A stretch of DNA of 63,316 nucleotides, counting the filler, from Squatina squatina (Eukaryota), in NCBI GenBank assembly GCA_031763465.1. It is 4 parts of 4 records of this genome, joined end to end, with 100 filler letters (N's around TTAATTAATTAA, not from the genome) between each part and the next. Parts side by side here need not be neighbours in the genome. Positions count along the whole stretch, not along the records: positions 35,210 to 49,799 come from JARFOE010000233.1; positions 49,900 to 63,316 come from JARFOE010000057.1; 2 more parts are not named here. The stretch is one strand, 5' to 3'. Made by a program: the position numbers and the translations under genes. The notes under the pieces were generated by a model. It saw only the letters and a list, made by a program, of their open reading frames with translations. It made no database searches and was not told the origin of the DNA. Within the stretch, counting starts at the first letter, position 1. The number at the start of each line of letters is the position of its first letter. Of this stretch, positions 47,537-60,996 are shown piece after piece.

Positions 47537-48365
47537 CTCGGGCCTTGCTTCTCCCTCCCGGCGTCAGTATTGGCTCTCAAAGTCCCTGCCTAGGGCTAAC
47601 TTTGGTGTTCTGGTGTTCGCTGGTCTTGTTTCTCTTGCTCACCGGCCCTGATGTCTCTCCCACCGGTTTTGGGCTGGAGAGTGTCCTGTTTTATTCAAAT
47701 AAGCCCCGGAGGTCCTCCCGCCCTCTACCCCCACCTGCCCCAGTTAAAAACGACCCCTCACAAGGATCTCTGGATAGTGATCAGGAGCAGACACCCTGAC
47801 TGTTTTCCTTTAGCCCAGCTCATAGGACAGCTGGGATTCACTGCAGTGACCCAACCTCATGCACTCTCCCAGCAAACCCAGTATAGACTGCGTGTCAAAA
47901 TTGGGACCTTTCTGATCTGTATGACTTCATTGCTCCTTGCCATCAGGAAGCAGTGATGGTTTTTATTTTTATCCTGGTCTGTTCTGGTAATCTTTTGAGT
48001 CTTCTGTTTTGACTTTCAATTTGCCAGATTCAAAAAGTGACCGTAAGCAGAAAGCGTCAAGAACAAAGTTTAACAATATGATGTGGTTTCCTCAAGCTAC
48101 TCAAGATGCCCTTTAACTATTTAAAAAAATCACTATAAAACACTTTAGCTGTTTTGTATTTTACATTTTGATTAGATTATTTGCCTGTTCAAGAGAGCTG
48201 AAAAAATGTTACACATTGATAAGAGAGTGATTAAGTGTTTACGTGCATGTAGTAAAATAATTAATGCCTGGGAATTACTGTTCCAAAAATGGAAATGATT
48301 AGGAAGTTACTGCAAAAAAAGACTAAAAAGCTTTCATTTAGTGGAATGTGCTCTGTTCCATTCAG

Positions 48366-48451
48366 GTATTTTGTTGGTGTGCTAGATAAAAGAACAGGGA
48401 AAATGGAAGTGCACGATGCTCAGCTGTTCAACATGCAGCCCTTCTTTCCTG
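48366..48451 (+). CDS. POLR1E: POLR1E exon (YFVGVLDKRTGKMEVHDAQLFNMQPFFP)
   Basis: FVG.L.K..G.MEV.DA.LFNMQP motif; TTCAG acceptor (phase 2), G|GTAAGT donor. Confidence 0.93.
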
Positions 48452-49453
48452 GTAAGTTCTCCAGTACATAGTTCTTGACCACCCTCTGAGCGNNNNNNNN
48501 NNNNNNNNNNNNNNNNNNNNNNNNNNNNNNNNNNNNNNNNNNNNNNNNNNNNNNNNNNNNNNNNNNNNNNNNNNNNNNNNNNNNNNNNNNNNGAGCAAGT
48601 GTGCACAGGAAATTAGAATCCAATCATAGAGGGCTGACAGTATCATTAAATAGTTTCAATATTTTTCAAAACCATATAGGCTTTGTTCTTTCTGTTTTTC
48701 TCCGTCCTTTCCCCATCCAAAAAAAATGTAATATTGACTGTTTAATTTTAATGGAAGTGTTACATTTTGCAGTGCAGAAGCAATTATTAAAAGGGTTAGT
48801 TTTGTTTAACGTTAATCATTTCGCTGGTACCTGAATGAGACAAGTCATTTATTTCCCTCCTGACTTGCTGTCATATCACAATTTCTAAACAAAAAAACCA
48901 CTGTATGAGCAGAGCTTTTTATATGCAGTACTTGTGTATGTCTTCTCCCCATTCCCCATTGTATCACATTTCAAATGTTTTTTTAATGTTCTCGATCATC
49001 CTCAAGCCCCAATAAATGGAGGAATGTGTGAAAAGGTTGTGTAGTGATTTGATTTTTTTTCAGAAACGACAAGTAGCCGAACGTTTATTCCAAGTATTCT
49101 AGGACTTGTGCTTGTTTCCCATCGTTGTCCTGCCAAATATCAGAATATCGGGTTGGAAAATGTGTAAATCAAAACCCTTTGAGAAAGAAAACTTTGAAGG
49201 GCAGGGAATGGGACTAAATGTGTAACAGGTGCAGTGGGCTGAATCATCTTGAATCAAATTGTGAAATTCTAAGATTGTGATAATTTAGTCCATGTGAAGA
49301 TCTTGGTGGTGAGACTTTCTTTAAGAAATGACAAACACATGATCTATTTACAGTCCTGCTATAGTATTGGACAGTTGGACACAATCATTGGGTGACTGTA
49401 GTTTGTGTCAAGTTTCTTAAGGTTATCAGATTTGCTCCTTAATTCATAATAAG

Positions 49454-49550
49454 TCATCTCAACTACTGAGTATCAAGCAATCGAAGCACACAGTGTACCA
49501 CTGAAGATTAGCACTGCAGAAGAAATTTGCAAACTGGCACAAACTGGCAA
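49454..49550 (+). CDS. POLR1E: POLR1E downstream exon (ISTTEYQAIEAHSVPLKISTAEEICKLAQTG)
   Basis: Aligns with the recalled PAF53 segment LSPAEYEAL...TSEEILK; AA|GTGAGT donor; atypical acceptor preceded by TCCTTAAT. Confidence 0.72.
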
Positions 49551-49843
49551 GTGAGTTTAATATACATCCTGTTCGGATGAAGCTGTCAGCCACAATAATT
49601 GCCGTGTATTTCTGATGTCTTTAGCTATAATATCCTGTTCTGAAGAGCACATTTTACAAAACAAAATCCTGATCTATACACAGCTTGTACAGTTCATTAT
49701 GCCCATTGGTCCTTAATCTTCGTTACACTTTTTTTGAAGCAAATCAGGGTTAGAAATGGTGTTTGGACGAGCAGAGATTAGAAAAGTTTTGCAACATGAN
49801 NNNNNNNNNNNNNNNNNNNNNNNNNNNNNNNNNNNNNNNNNNN

Positions 49844-49855
49844 TTAATTAATTAA
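49844..49855. other. Artificial scaffold linker TTAATTAATTAA
   Basis: N44-12mer-N44. Confidence 0.97.
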
Positions 49856-52800
49856 NNNNNNNNNNNNNNNNNNNNNNNNNNNNNNNNNNNNNNNNNNNNC
49901 ATACAAATTGTGATTTAAGACAATAATCACAGGACAATTAAAAATTTAATAGCCCTCATTTTAGTAATTTTGAAATCAGTATGAGATACCCACAGAGAAT
50001 ACATTGCTACTTCAGTGCACTCCCAGGGCAGCACTACCCCGCTCCAGGTAACAAGAGTGACAGACTCACCTACACCTGGGGCAGGGTCTGAGACACAGAA
50101 GGCAGTTACCTGGTTGGTGAGGCCTCTGGACTGGGCAGAGGGGGAGAAATGACTGACACGCCTCTGCTATATCAGGGGAGGTCAGAGACAGTGAGCCCCA
50201 TCATGGCAGTCACTCTATTACACAAAAAAGGGAATCAGGATGAAGGTGCATGTAAACACGCAGTCACTATCTGTCTTTTCCTCCCCTATTCAAGATGCTA
50301 GTCCTGCTGGGGTACGAGGTGCTTCTCTACTTTTTAATCTTATCTGACTGTTAGCAACAGAATCACAATATTCATCAAGCAGCCAATTAAGACAAGCTAC
50401 TTCATTAATGACCATTAACACTTTCTCCAGCTTACTAAGTTTAAGCTAGAGATCTTACTACAACTTCCTGTTGCTGTAAAGTTCTTTAAGTTTCAATTTA
50501 TTTTCATGTTTGACAAGCACTTGAACACATGCAAATCTGCACAGTTGCTAAAATGAGAATGTGGCCGAGAAATATTTACGTGCCTGGCAAATGCATCTTT
50601 GCAGATTAAGACTTATACCGGCTGAGCTCTACTTAAATAGTTTTATTTACATTAACAAAGGAAAAATGATTAGAATCAACCATGAATAAAAAGATATTTT
50701 TAAAAAGGTCGCCATGCCTTCACCACGGACATCATGATCTTAAAGCTTGGAAGCGTTTGAATCCACTTAAAAAAAACAGCTTTGAGATATCAAATTCCAG
50801 TGGTTAGTTTATCCAGTTTATAACAGCTCCGGCTTTCCCACAATTTATCCAAACCAATTGTTCCCACATTTCCTTCCGAAAATGGTTGGCAGGCAAGAAC
50901 CAACTCGCTCCTCAGCTCGGCCCTCTAAGTGAGATAGTACATTGCTCGATTTGTGCTACAAGCCAAGACCTATTTCACAATCATGGTTTCTGTAATAGTG
51001 AGAAAAGCACAAACGTATGTTCCCGAGGTCGCAGTGTAATAGGAACTTTCTGGTCAAGGGACACGATACAATATTACAGCTTCGCATTACACACACTATC
51101 ATATGGTGCAAAAGTTCTCCACAGTATTCTAGAACACAGCATCACATCTGTTGTATATTTTACCTACAGTGAAGCTACCTGAAGCTCCTGACACCATTTC
51201 GTAGAAAGAGACAGGCAGCGACACACCACTGAAGAGGATGTCATCACTGTGAGGAAAGACTGGGGAGATTTGGAGGTTTCAAGCTGGAAAGGAGGNNNNN
51301 NNNNNNNNNNNNNNNNNNNNNNNNNNNNNNNNNNNNNNNNNNNNNNNNNNNNNNNNNNNNNNNNNNNNNNNNNNNNNNNNNNNNNNNNNNNNNNNNNNNN
51401 NNNNNNNNNNNNNNNNNNNNNNNNNNNNNNNNNNNNNNNNNNNNNNNNNNNNNNNNNNNNNNNNNNNNNNNNNNNNNNNNNNNNNNNNNNNNNNNNNNNN
51501 NNNNNNNNNNNNNNNNNNNNNNNNNNNNNNNNNNNNNNNNNNNNNNNNNNNNNNNNNNNNNNNNNNNNNNNNNNNNNNNNNNNNNNNNNNNNNNNNNNNN
51601 NNNNNNNNNNNNNNNNNNNNNNNNNNNNNNNNNNNNNNNNNNNNNNNNNNNNNNNNNNNNNNNNNNNNNNNNNNNNNNNNNNNNNNNNNNNNNNNNNNNN
51701 NNNNNNNNNNNNNNNNNNNNNNNNNNNNNNNNNNNNNNNNNNNNNNNNNNNNNNNNNNNNNNNACAGCACATTTAAGTCTCTGCTCTGGGTCAGTACACT
51801 CAGGCTAAACAACGGCAAGTCAAATTAAATGTGTGCGTGGTGGTTTTTGATCAGCATTAGTCATTTATTAATGAAATCTAGAGATCACTCTTACACCAAC
51901 AAAAGCTTGAAGACCATTCGAGAAATACTCCCATGTACTCCGATTAAAATGTGATTCGCTGGTCTGGCTGAGTTTTTTTTTTAATCTACAAACTACCACG
52001 CAAGATAAATAGATTACACAATCAAACCAATACCTTCACAGGGCAGTAAAAACAGCATGGCAAGGCAGGTGGGGCATATATTTGCAATCTTGGACAGCTG
52101 CAGCTTTAACCCATCCTGGTAGCAAGTCGTTCAGTGCAGCAAGTCCACACCCTAATCCGCCTCTTTTTATACGCATTAAAGCAGAAGCACAAGGTGTCCC
52201 AGGAGAGTTCTAAAACTTTACTTTACACCTTGCTTCACAGTTCATCAAACTGAATGAAAATTAATACGGCGATTAGTCGTTTCTTAAGAATTTGTGTCTA
52301 CTTATTAATATAGAGGCATTTATAGTTAGCTTTCACAACCGAGTTCAATGCTTTTTATTTATACCATTCAACTACGGTACTGTATCATGTTGTAACAAGC
52401 AGAAAAATTCACAGTAAGCAATGAAGACCACTGACACATCACTGACTTTTTTGCCAAGACATCTCAGTCAGTATTGGTGGCAGCAACAGGATGCGTGGGC
52501 GCCAGAACCAGCTGTTGTCTCTGTTGCTGCAGGAGCTGTAACATTACTGGGATTGCCACCGTGAGAACAGTATCAACAGGTTCCTAGACCACAGATACCA
52601 TCACTGTGCTGAGCCAGTTGATGGAAAGAGAATGCTGGCTCGCCAACAACCTCCCACAGTCTGAATAGAAGAACAAGGGGCTGTTTAGAGTGGATCAAAA
52701 CTAATAGCCAGATTTATTCACAAGTATAATACACAGGAAAAGTTAATATAGAAGATACTAACAGTACAACTGGAAAACAAAATAACAGTAGTCCACAAGA

Positions 52801-53664
52801 ATAAAATTTTTCCTTTGCAATACTGTATATACTTTTGTCAATACAGTCCAATAGGATTGTACATCAATAGGCTTCCATAGATTCATAAGTAAATCAACAC
52901 AAATGAGCGTTACAACTCTGANNNNNNNNNNNNNNNNNNNNNNNNNNNNNNNNNNNNNNNNNNNNNNNNNNNNNNNNNNNNNNNNNNNNNNNNNNNNNNN
53001 NNNNNNNNNNNNNNNNNNNNNGATTTATCTATTCTTTCGGGAGGGAGGGGAGGCAGGATGAAATATAAACCTGCTTTACATCACAGCTGCATAACCCCTC
53101 ATCCTTCAGGATTATTGCTACCAGGGAAGGAAGGCTCTTTTCTTTTGTCAAGTATACCAGCACAACAATTCCATGGGGAGTGCAGAGCGGAAACATGGGA
53201 AAGAGAACCATATTTGCATTAGCAAAGCTTATGCACCTTAGCTATAAACCACAGAGTGGATAAAGCATACATTAAAACAAGATATTATTAAAAATCGGTC
53301 AAAATGACAGGAGTTCCCACTGTATGAATCGTTCACATTAAATAGAAAATACAATGACACAACCTAGAGTGAATATTCTGTTCTTTGAAAGACTCATCAC
53401 CAATAATTCATACCAACCGTATTACTGTTTTTACTTAACCTCAAGTCATTCACACGCCAATGAGGATTTAAATACATTTTATCATGATTTAGGCTGCAAG
53501 CACGAGACTGCCTGCTTTTTTTCTGCCCTGTGTTAACATAATCAAGAAGAAAAGTTTATGACAAAAATGACAGGCCTAGCTTAAATTACATAAATGCAGT
53601 CAGTACTTAACATCAAAAGGAAAGCTGGTTTGAACAGTTTCACAGTCTTTTGAGGGCGGGTGGG

Positions 53665-53698
<34 letters not shown>
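53665..53698. repeat. (CT)n microsatellite in the presumed KLF8 3' UTR
   Basis: Direct reading. Confidence 0.9.
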
Positions 53699-53813
53699 GA
53701 ATTGGCATCCACAGGTGCCATCTTACAGCAAGTGCTGTCAGAATTCAGCAATGCTGAATAATGGGATGGAGGCAGAGCTAGAGCTCCGATGTGAAGCTGG
53801 CCTTAAAGTACCT

Positions 53814-54119
<306 letters not shown>

Positions 54120-55621
54120 TTAATTCTCCACTTACCAAATAATAAGAAAAAGGATCAAACAACAGGTACATATTATGTCACTATTAAAGTCACACAGCCC
54201 GATTCCCTTTTACACTGTAATATATGCTTATACATCTTATTAAAAATTTTACCACCAGGTGCAATTCCTGGCTGTGCAACTGGAATCCTTCCATTAAAGT
54301 TCTTACTTGAGGGCCTCAGCCTTCTCCCCGACTTCGCTGTCTGAGCATGAGCAATACATTCTAATTTCTCAAGTCACTGTACTGGGGTAATAGTTTCCCT
54401 TAGCTTGAGAACATTCTGCTCAGTAGCTTTTCTTAAGTAATTATGGAAAAATAAAAGGACAAATTTCAATAGCTACATCAGGTGAGAGAGAAAAAAAATT
54501 ACTGTTCCGATCGCTGCTTTTGTTTTGTGGTCTTTGAAAGTGTATTATGTTGAAAGGAAGAGAGAGAGAGAGAAAATATGCATCCGAGTGCAAGCTTTCC
54601 TTCAATTAATGTTCAATTTCTTCCTCCTTCTTCTTCTGAGGCAGTTCTTCAGGTTCAAGGATGACTTGCTTCCACTCCGTAGTTGTGGGTTCTGAGGTGG
54701 CTAAATAGTCCAATATAGGAACCGCAGGCACGGCCGCAGGTGGGGCAGGTGATACTTGAAGAGACGAGCGGCAGGGATGAGTGTGTTGCTGCGCGCTCCT
54801 TCCTCTGCCGACNNNNNNNNNNNNNNNNNNNNNNNNNNNNNNNNNNNNNNNNNNNNNNNNNNNNNNNNNNNNNNNNNNNNNNNNNNNNNNNNNNNNNNNN
54901 NNNNNNNNNNNNTGAGCCACATTCATATGCTGTACACAGTCAGCTTGACATAAAATCTTCATATGGCATGTGCTCTTGGTCCCCTTATCCCATGTACAAC
55001 ATTTACATGGGTACGTTATAACAGGGCTTCTTCTGTGGCCATAAGGACTAAAAGTAGTTTCATTAAGCCGAGTCAGAACCAAGGCAAATGGTCTATTTTC
55101 TCCTACAAGTAGTGGCAATGCAAAGCAAATTCAGACAAAAGTCCCAGCTTGAGGCAGGATTCTCAAGCCGAATTATGGCGATTTATGATCAATAAAAAGA
55201 TCTAGCCTTGTGAGACAATGCAGCTATTATAGTGACAAGGACAATAACATGCAAGCAGATGCCTGTAATCTCATTTCTCTTTGTTCTCCTCTCCCTCCCT
55301 TCCTTTGCAGGAGAGGCTCTTTTCAGATTCACAGGCACTTCCATTGACTAATTCATAGTCAGTGAATGGACTGGCACGCAATGACACGGAGAACTTTAAT
55401 CAAAGAAGGAAGGTGCCCCCTGCCAGTTCAGTGACAACTGCATCTGTACCAGGCTAGCCACACGAGGGGCAGTCTTAAGAGTGCTGTGGGGGGCAGTTCA
55501 CTTGTTTGAATGTGGATATTGAGTGACTGAAATACCATTCTTAAAAAGACATCCTGGGGACAATTGTCAAAGGATTTTATTGTATTTAGAAAATCATCAT
55601 CTTTGCTGAACTGAAGCAACA

Positions 55622-55640
55622 CTACCAGCAGGGGGCACTA
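55622..55640 (+). promoter_or_regulatory. Putative CTCF binding site in KLF8 intron
   Basis: ctaCCAGCAGGGGGCACta matches the CTCF core CCASYAGRKGGCRS exactly. Confidence 0.5.
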
Positions 55641-56785
55641 AGGTCCTCTTCCACCGACAATTTTTTTCCTTCCACTCGGTAAGACACGATTAAATCAGCT
55701 CCAGTGCACAGCGGCAAACAGACTAACCTCCTTATGAAGCAACTTGGCCAGCAGCCTGCTTCCTGCTGTTCCGCCGTGTATAGCTTAAGCTGCACACAGA
55801 CAGACATTTGCGCAACATGTTTACCCCAGGAAGGCTTTTTCAATTGGGAGGGCTTAGCTCACACTGGCTNNNNNNNNNNNNNNNNNNNNNNNNNNNNNNN
55901 NNNNNNNNNNNNNNNNNNNNNNNNNNNNNNNNNNNNNNNNNNNNNNNNNNNNNNNNNNNNNNNNNNNNNCTTTCTAGTTCACTTCACAGTCAAACACATT
56001 GGTGTGGGATTGGAGTCACATCAAGGCCAGGCAAGAGATCCATCTTAACCTTTTTTAGAAATAAATTGCATTCTTAAGCACACAATTGTATAGGTTGTGC
56101 AATGGATGTATCTGCACCAATAACTAATACAGGTCATGCAACTGCGTGGAATATGCAGAATAAATATTCCTATGCCATTGGCAAAAAACATACTGTAGGA
56201 TTAATATAATGCAATTGATGTACTTTTGCTAAATTTCATCAGCTCTGAGAAGTTTAAAGTAAAATATCTATAGTAATACTTTATGCAATGAATTGAACAA
56301 AAAGTGTACAACAAGGCTTATAGTGGATGTCAGGCTTAAAGGGGCCCAGAGAATACTCAGCAAACAAAAATGAAAGTCAAGCTCTTTGCAATGTTTGGCA
56401 GTCACTGCAACAAAAATAAGGAGTGACTGTTCTAACACTTTTCCCTTTAGTTGGGAGTTTTGCATTCAAATACAAGCCAACAATTTCCACAAATGGAACG
56501 GTTTCCCATAGATTGAATGGGTTGATTTGTAAAATATCTTAACTACACACAGCAACTTCAAGTACCAGTTTTATCTAAACCTGCAGTCATGTGTCGGTGA
56601 GTATTACCTAAATCTCCAGCTGACTGATTGGCTAGCCTTGAGGCATCAATCACAGCAGGCTCATGTGGCTCTGCTTATAGGAAAATAACCAATTGCTAAA
56701 TCAATATGGTCACTCAATAAAGAAGATATAGAGCACAAGTTCATTGCAGAAAACAATACAGGCTATTTCGAATCAAATTCCTTAC

Positions 56786-57200
56786 CTGCGCCTTCACTTT
56801 TTCCATCATCCCCTATAAGAGGGACAGTAATTGATGACGTTACACCATCTGGCTGCACTGTTGTATAGACCACGGGCAATGACTGGACAACCACAGGTAT
56901 GTGCTGGAGGTTTCCCATTTTGCTGGGTAAATTCATTGATGGCACAGTGTGTATAACGTGCAGGATCTGCTGACCTCCAACCCCCTGAGACGAGGCCAAG
57001 ATGGAGCCTGGTGATAATACTGCTGGGATGGCTGAAGTAACATTGATTGGTCCCCCAGATGAGAAGTCCGAAGAAGAATATGAAGAGACTGCTGTTATAA
57101 CTGGAAGCGAAGAGGAAACCAATGGCGCTACTGGTGAGGTCCTAGATTTGTTTAAGGACAAATCAACGGGTTCTGTCTGTGGCTGGTTATCTTCGTTTGA
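56786..57200 (-). CDS. KLF8: KLF8 large exon (5' part in gap) with CtBP-binding PVDLS motif
   Basis: QTEPVDLSLNK...QQILHVIHTVPSMNLPSKMG...IPVVVQSLPVVYTT...ITVPLIGDDGK is closer to KLF8 than KLF12 (recalled); G|GTAAGG donor. Confidence 0.85.
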
Positions 57201-58971
57201 NNNNNNNNNNNNNNNNNNNNNNNNNNNNNNNNNNNNNNNNNNNNNNNNNNNNNNNNNNNNNNNNNNNNNNNNNNNNNNNNNNNNNNNNNNNNNNNNNNNN
57301 CCAGGGAATTTCTCTGTAATTAGTTCCAAACTCCTTCTCAATACCTTTCAATAATCATATTACAAGATGGTTCATGTCGGAACGTTGTCATGCATAAACC
57401 AAAAGCTCACGTTAATTTGCCATTTCTTGCTTTCTGCTGTAAATTCAATGCTTCTCTCTCTTTCCGCACTTCTCTCTCTCCCACTCCCTAAACACCACCC
57501 CAGCAGCCAGCTGCACCGTAATCCAGCACTGAAACAGAGATGCTCTATCCGACGCCAACACTGAATCCAAAGCAAAACACAAGAGAAGCTTGCTGCACAC
57601 ACAGCTCACAGTCACCACAGCTCAACCATGATTATTTTACACTTTAAAAAAAATATATTAACCCTTGCACTACATCTATTTGAGGAAAAAAATGACTTCT
57701 GGTGGGGATAGAGCAACCAGAACAGTAAAACACCAACATAATTTGAAAAACGTGAGACTTTTTCCTATAAACATTGGAACTGCAAATTACAGATTTCAGT
57801 TGAGCCAGTGCTATAATATGGCAAGATTCCTGTTGCTGTGGAATCCATCCCATTTAAGGAGCACAGACAACAAACAACTGTGCAAGCTCAAGGCTGCATG
57901 GGCACAGTTGTTTGAAAGCTACGCATTCGTGCCTTTTCTACTCACTGACATTTCTTCCTAGACAAGGAAGGATGTACAGCAAGTAGAAGCTAAACCGCTA
58001 ACCTGTACAAGCGAGCTGTGCAGAGACAGCAACATCACCTCATTAATATTGCTGCTGCTGAAATTCGGGGCTCGTGGAGACTGTGATGTGAAGGGAAATA
58101 CAACATTCAAACCAGTGGTAAAAATGTGTACATCGTCAATGTCGCTCGGAGCAGAAGCTAATCTGGATGTTTATTTTTAAACGTGCGATTGTTTCACCGC
58201 ACATACAAGTGGTAACTATGGATGAGGGCAACACCCAGAACTCAAGAAAAAAAAACTTGCTTGCAATGAACAGCGCGCTGATTAGCATCTGACAGAAAGA
58301 TGGGCCAACATTTGTGCAGTGATCTTTTGTCAGAATCAATCTCACATAGGGTCGAATCGAAGCACCCTAAAAAAAAAGGCTTACAACAACAGTGCCGCCT
58401 CTTCTTGCTTGGGGACAGGGGACAATGGAAGAGATCCCTGCCTTTGCTTCTGCTGGAATTTGGACACATAAGAAAGGGGAATGCACCAGGCAGAACCAAT
58501 CCTGTCCCAATTCCAGGCCCGATTGCCCGCCCTGTTTACACGGGCACTGCATCCCTCTGTAGGCCCAGGAATTTCAGGGCCTGTGCTTCCATTACATTGT
58601 TCTTGCTGCTGAGAGAATGATGTGCTTAGCAGAGGCACTTTATCATTCTGCCCACTGGTTTCTATTGTGGCCCTCAGTGGTGCAAAACACAACTTCTCAA
58701 CCTCTATGCCTGAAGGTAGGCCCTGCAGGGAGTGCTGAATTACTCTTCATTTGTCCTCCTGTTTGCTGATGTTAAGGAAACTATCAATAAGTCCAAGGTT
58801 TAGGAAGATTTCAATGGCATTGATAAGAAAAGGGAATGTAGCACACAAAAGTAGGGTTAGTGAGAAACACANNNNNNNNNNNNNNNNNNNNNNNNNNNNN
58901 NNNNNNNNNNNNNNNNNNNNNNNNNNNNNNNNNNNNNNNNNNNNNNNNNNNNNNNNNNNNNNNNNNNNNNN

Positions 58972-59162
58972 GCGTGTTTTTATGACATCACGCTTCGACC
59001 AGCCATGGAATTCGCCAGGCCAGACACAAAGGCCTTTGCGCCGGAGCTGAATTCCCCGGGAGGCGAGATGACCGCCTCCTGGCACCATTTTGTCCAGTAT
59101 TGCCCTGTTAGTGCCCCTTGGAGGTGCTAACAGGGCACAACAGGAGCTGAATTTATCCCCCA
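58972..59162. mobile_element. DNA transposon terminal fragment (Harbinger-like)
   Basis: GC-rich, with internal inverted repeat gccctgttag / ctaacagggc and end ctgaatttatcccc resembling other termini here. Confidence 0.4.
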
Positions 59163-60894
59163 GAAGGTAGACATCGTCACATCAGCACTTCCCGTTGCAA
59201 GTGCTGGATCCTGTTAAGTAGTGACAACAGTGCAAGCTGACGTTTTGAAAGAAAATGAGATAATTTATAGACAAACAACTTTTGACATTGTTATTTCCTT
59301 AAAAGCAAAATGGCAATAAAAGGTCCATTCAATTTAACACTTCAATTTACAGGTGCCAGTTACTATTACTTGGTCAGTATTTACTCCGAAACAATTTAAT
59401 TTCCGCTGTAGATCTGCTTCTTCATTGAGCTGCAAATAACTTCCCATTTTTACATTTTTCCTTTACAAATCGCCTTGGCTTTCTTGCTTTTTACTTCAAA
59501 ACATTTGTTATCCCTCTTACTTTCCTCCAGTCCTCCTGTTCAATCTTATCAAGTTAATTTACTCTCGGAAGAATTCAGTTCCAAATATGTCTCTACCACG
59601 GGGCTTGTTCACACAACCACACCCTGCTCCCTCACAGGCCAACACGGCTCGCTTTGCTGATCCCTGTTTTTCCTTCTGAAATTCGCTTACACAATCCTTC
59701 CACTTCACTTATCAATGCTCATCAATTCCAGGTTTCTGAACCTTTCCTTGAACTAAATATTCTAATAAAGATAAACCTTTCACTTCGCATAGTTTTGTCA
59801 ATTTAAATCATGTTTCACTATTCAGTTATACTTTTCTATTGCTTGTGCCCTAAGTTTTAACCCTGCCTGGGCCTCTTTCAAACACTTTTTTTCTATATAT
59901 CCATCTGCTTCTACCCCACCCATTTGCTTTAGATGTTGGTTTGAAATTCTTCTTGGCTCCAATTATGTCATCGTGCCCAATCTGCATATTTGAAGCAGGA
60001 CCCTGCTGCCTTCTCGCTCGCTAAAAAGAACAGGTAAATATTGGGGCCCATGGGAAGGCAGTGGGATCAGATGGGGCAAGTCACGCAGGGCGTTTTAACT
60101 GTCTGCNNNNNNNNNNNNNNNNNNNNNNNNNNNNNNNNNNNNNNNNNNNNNNNNNNNNNNNNNNNNNNNNNNNNNNNNNNNNNNNNNNNNNNNNNNNNNN
60201 NNNNNNCTGTGGCTGGTATCTTCAGGGAAAACACAGGGTTTAAAAATATATCTGCTTTTGTTTGTTTTAAACATATTCAGTGAAATAATTCTTCTTTTAT
60301 AAGTAGCCTTTATTTTAAAAAATGTTGAGCTAAAAAAATCTGGAAGAGATTCTAATCCCAGAAAACTAAAAGCCAGTAAACCGACATATTAGTTAATGCA
60401 GATCTGGAGGCATGCCAATGGGACCCATGAAAGGGTTAATCTTTCAGCTTCCGAAATAAGTCCAACACTGAAGGTTGTCCTTATGGTCTATTTCCTCTCT
60501 CCCCACCCCCACCTCGTCACATTTGTAAGTGAGGAAAAGGATTACTAAAATCAGGGGAAAAAAATTGCCGGACAACATGTGAACAGCGGAAAATCAGAGA
60601 CACACAAGCTTAATAGTGATTTACTTCAAAAATGTTGGTACTTCTGTCAAAAAAGGCAAAAAAATTAAAATTTAATTTGTATTACAGAATTTTTCTTTAA
60701 AAATGGAGAAAAACAGACTAAAATGATCTGTGAAACAAAAGATTACATTAGACACTGACTTGTGAACCTAAAAAAACGAGCTTTAAACACCCTCACAGAA
60801 ATATTTTGCTTCCTTCTTCAGACTATGGTAATTTGTTCCTGACATTCCTGAGGTCTGGAATTAATTAGTGAAGTGTCTGGAGAGTTGGACTTAC

Positions 60895-60996
60895 CCCTTG
60901 CCCAGGTTCCGGCGGTTCTGTTTTGATTCTTATAGCTGGCATTCCTTCAAGCATTAGCATACTGCTGTACTCCACATCCCCAGTGCCTACAGAGCT
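60895..60996 (-). CDS. KLF8: KLF8/12-type N-terminal exon (SSVGTGDVEYSSMLMLEGMPAIRIKTEPPEPGQG)
   Basis: CTCTCTGCAG acceptor, GGG|GTAAGT donor, phase 0/0; MLMLEGMPAIRIKTE resembles KLF12 MLMLDGMPAVRVKTE. Confidence 0.8.

Noticed and set aside
47225-47540. Canonical bidirectional ZBTB5/POLR1E promoter
   Set aside because: POLR1E exons lie on both sides (45461-45854 and 48366), and the element has TIRs and a TSD, so it is an intronic MITE. Kept only as a possible alternative promoter.
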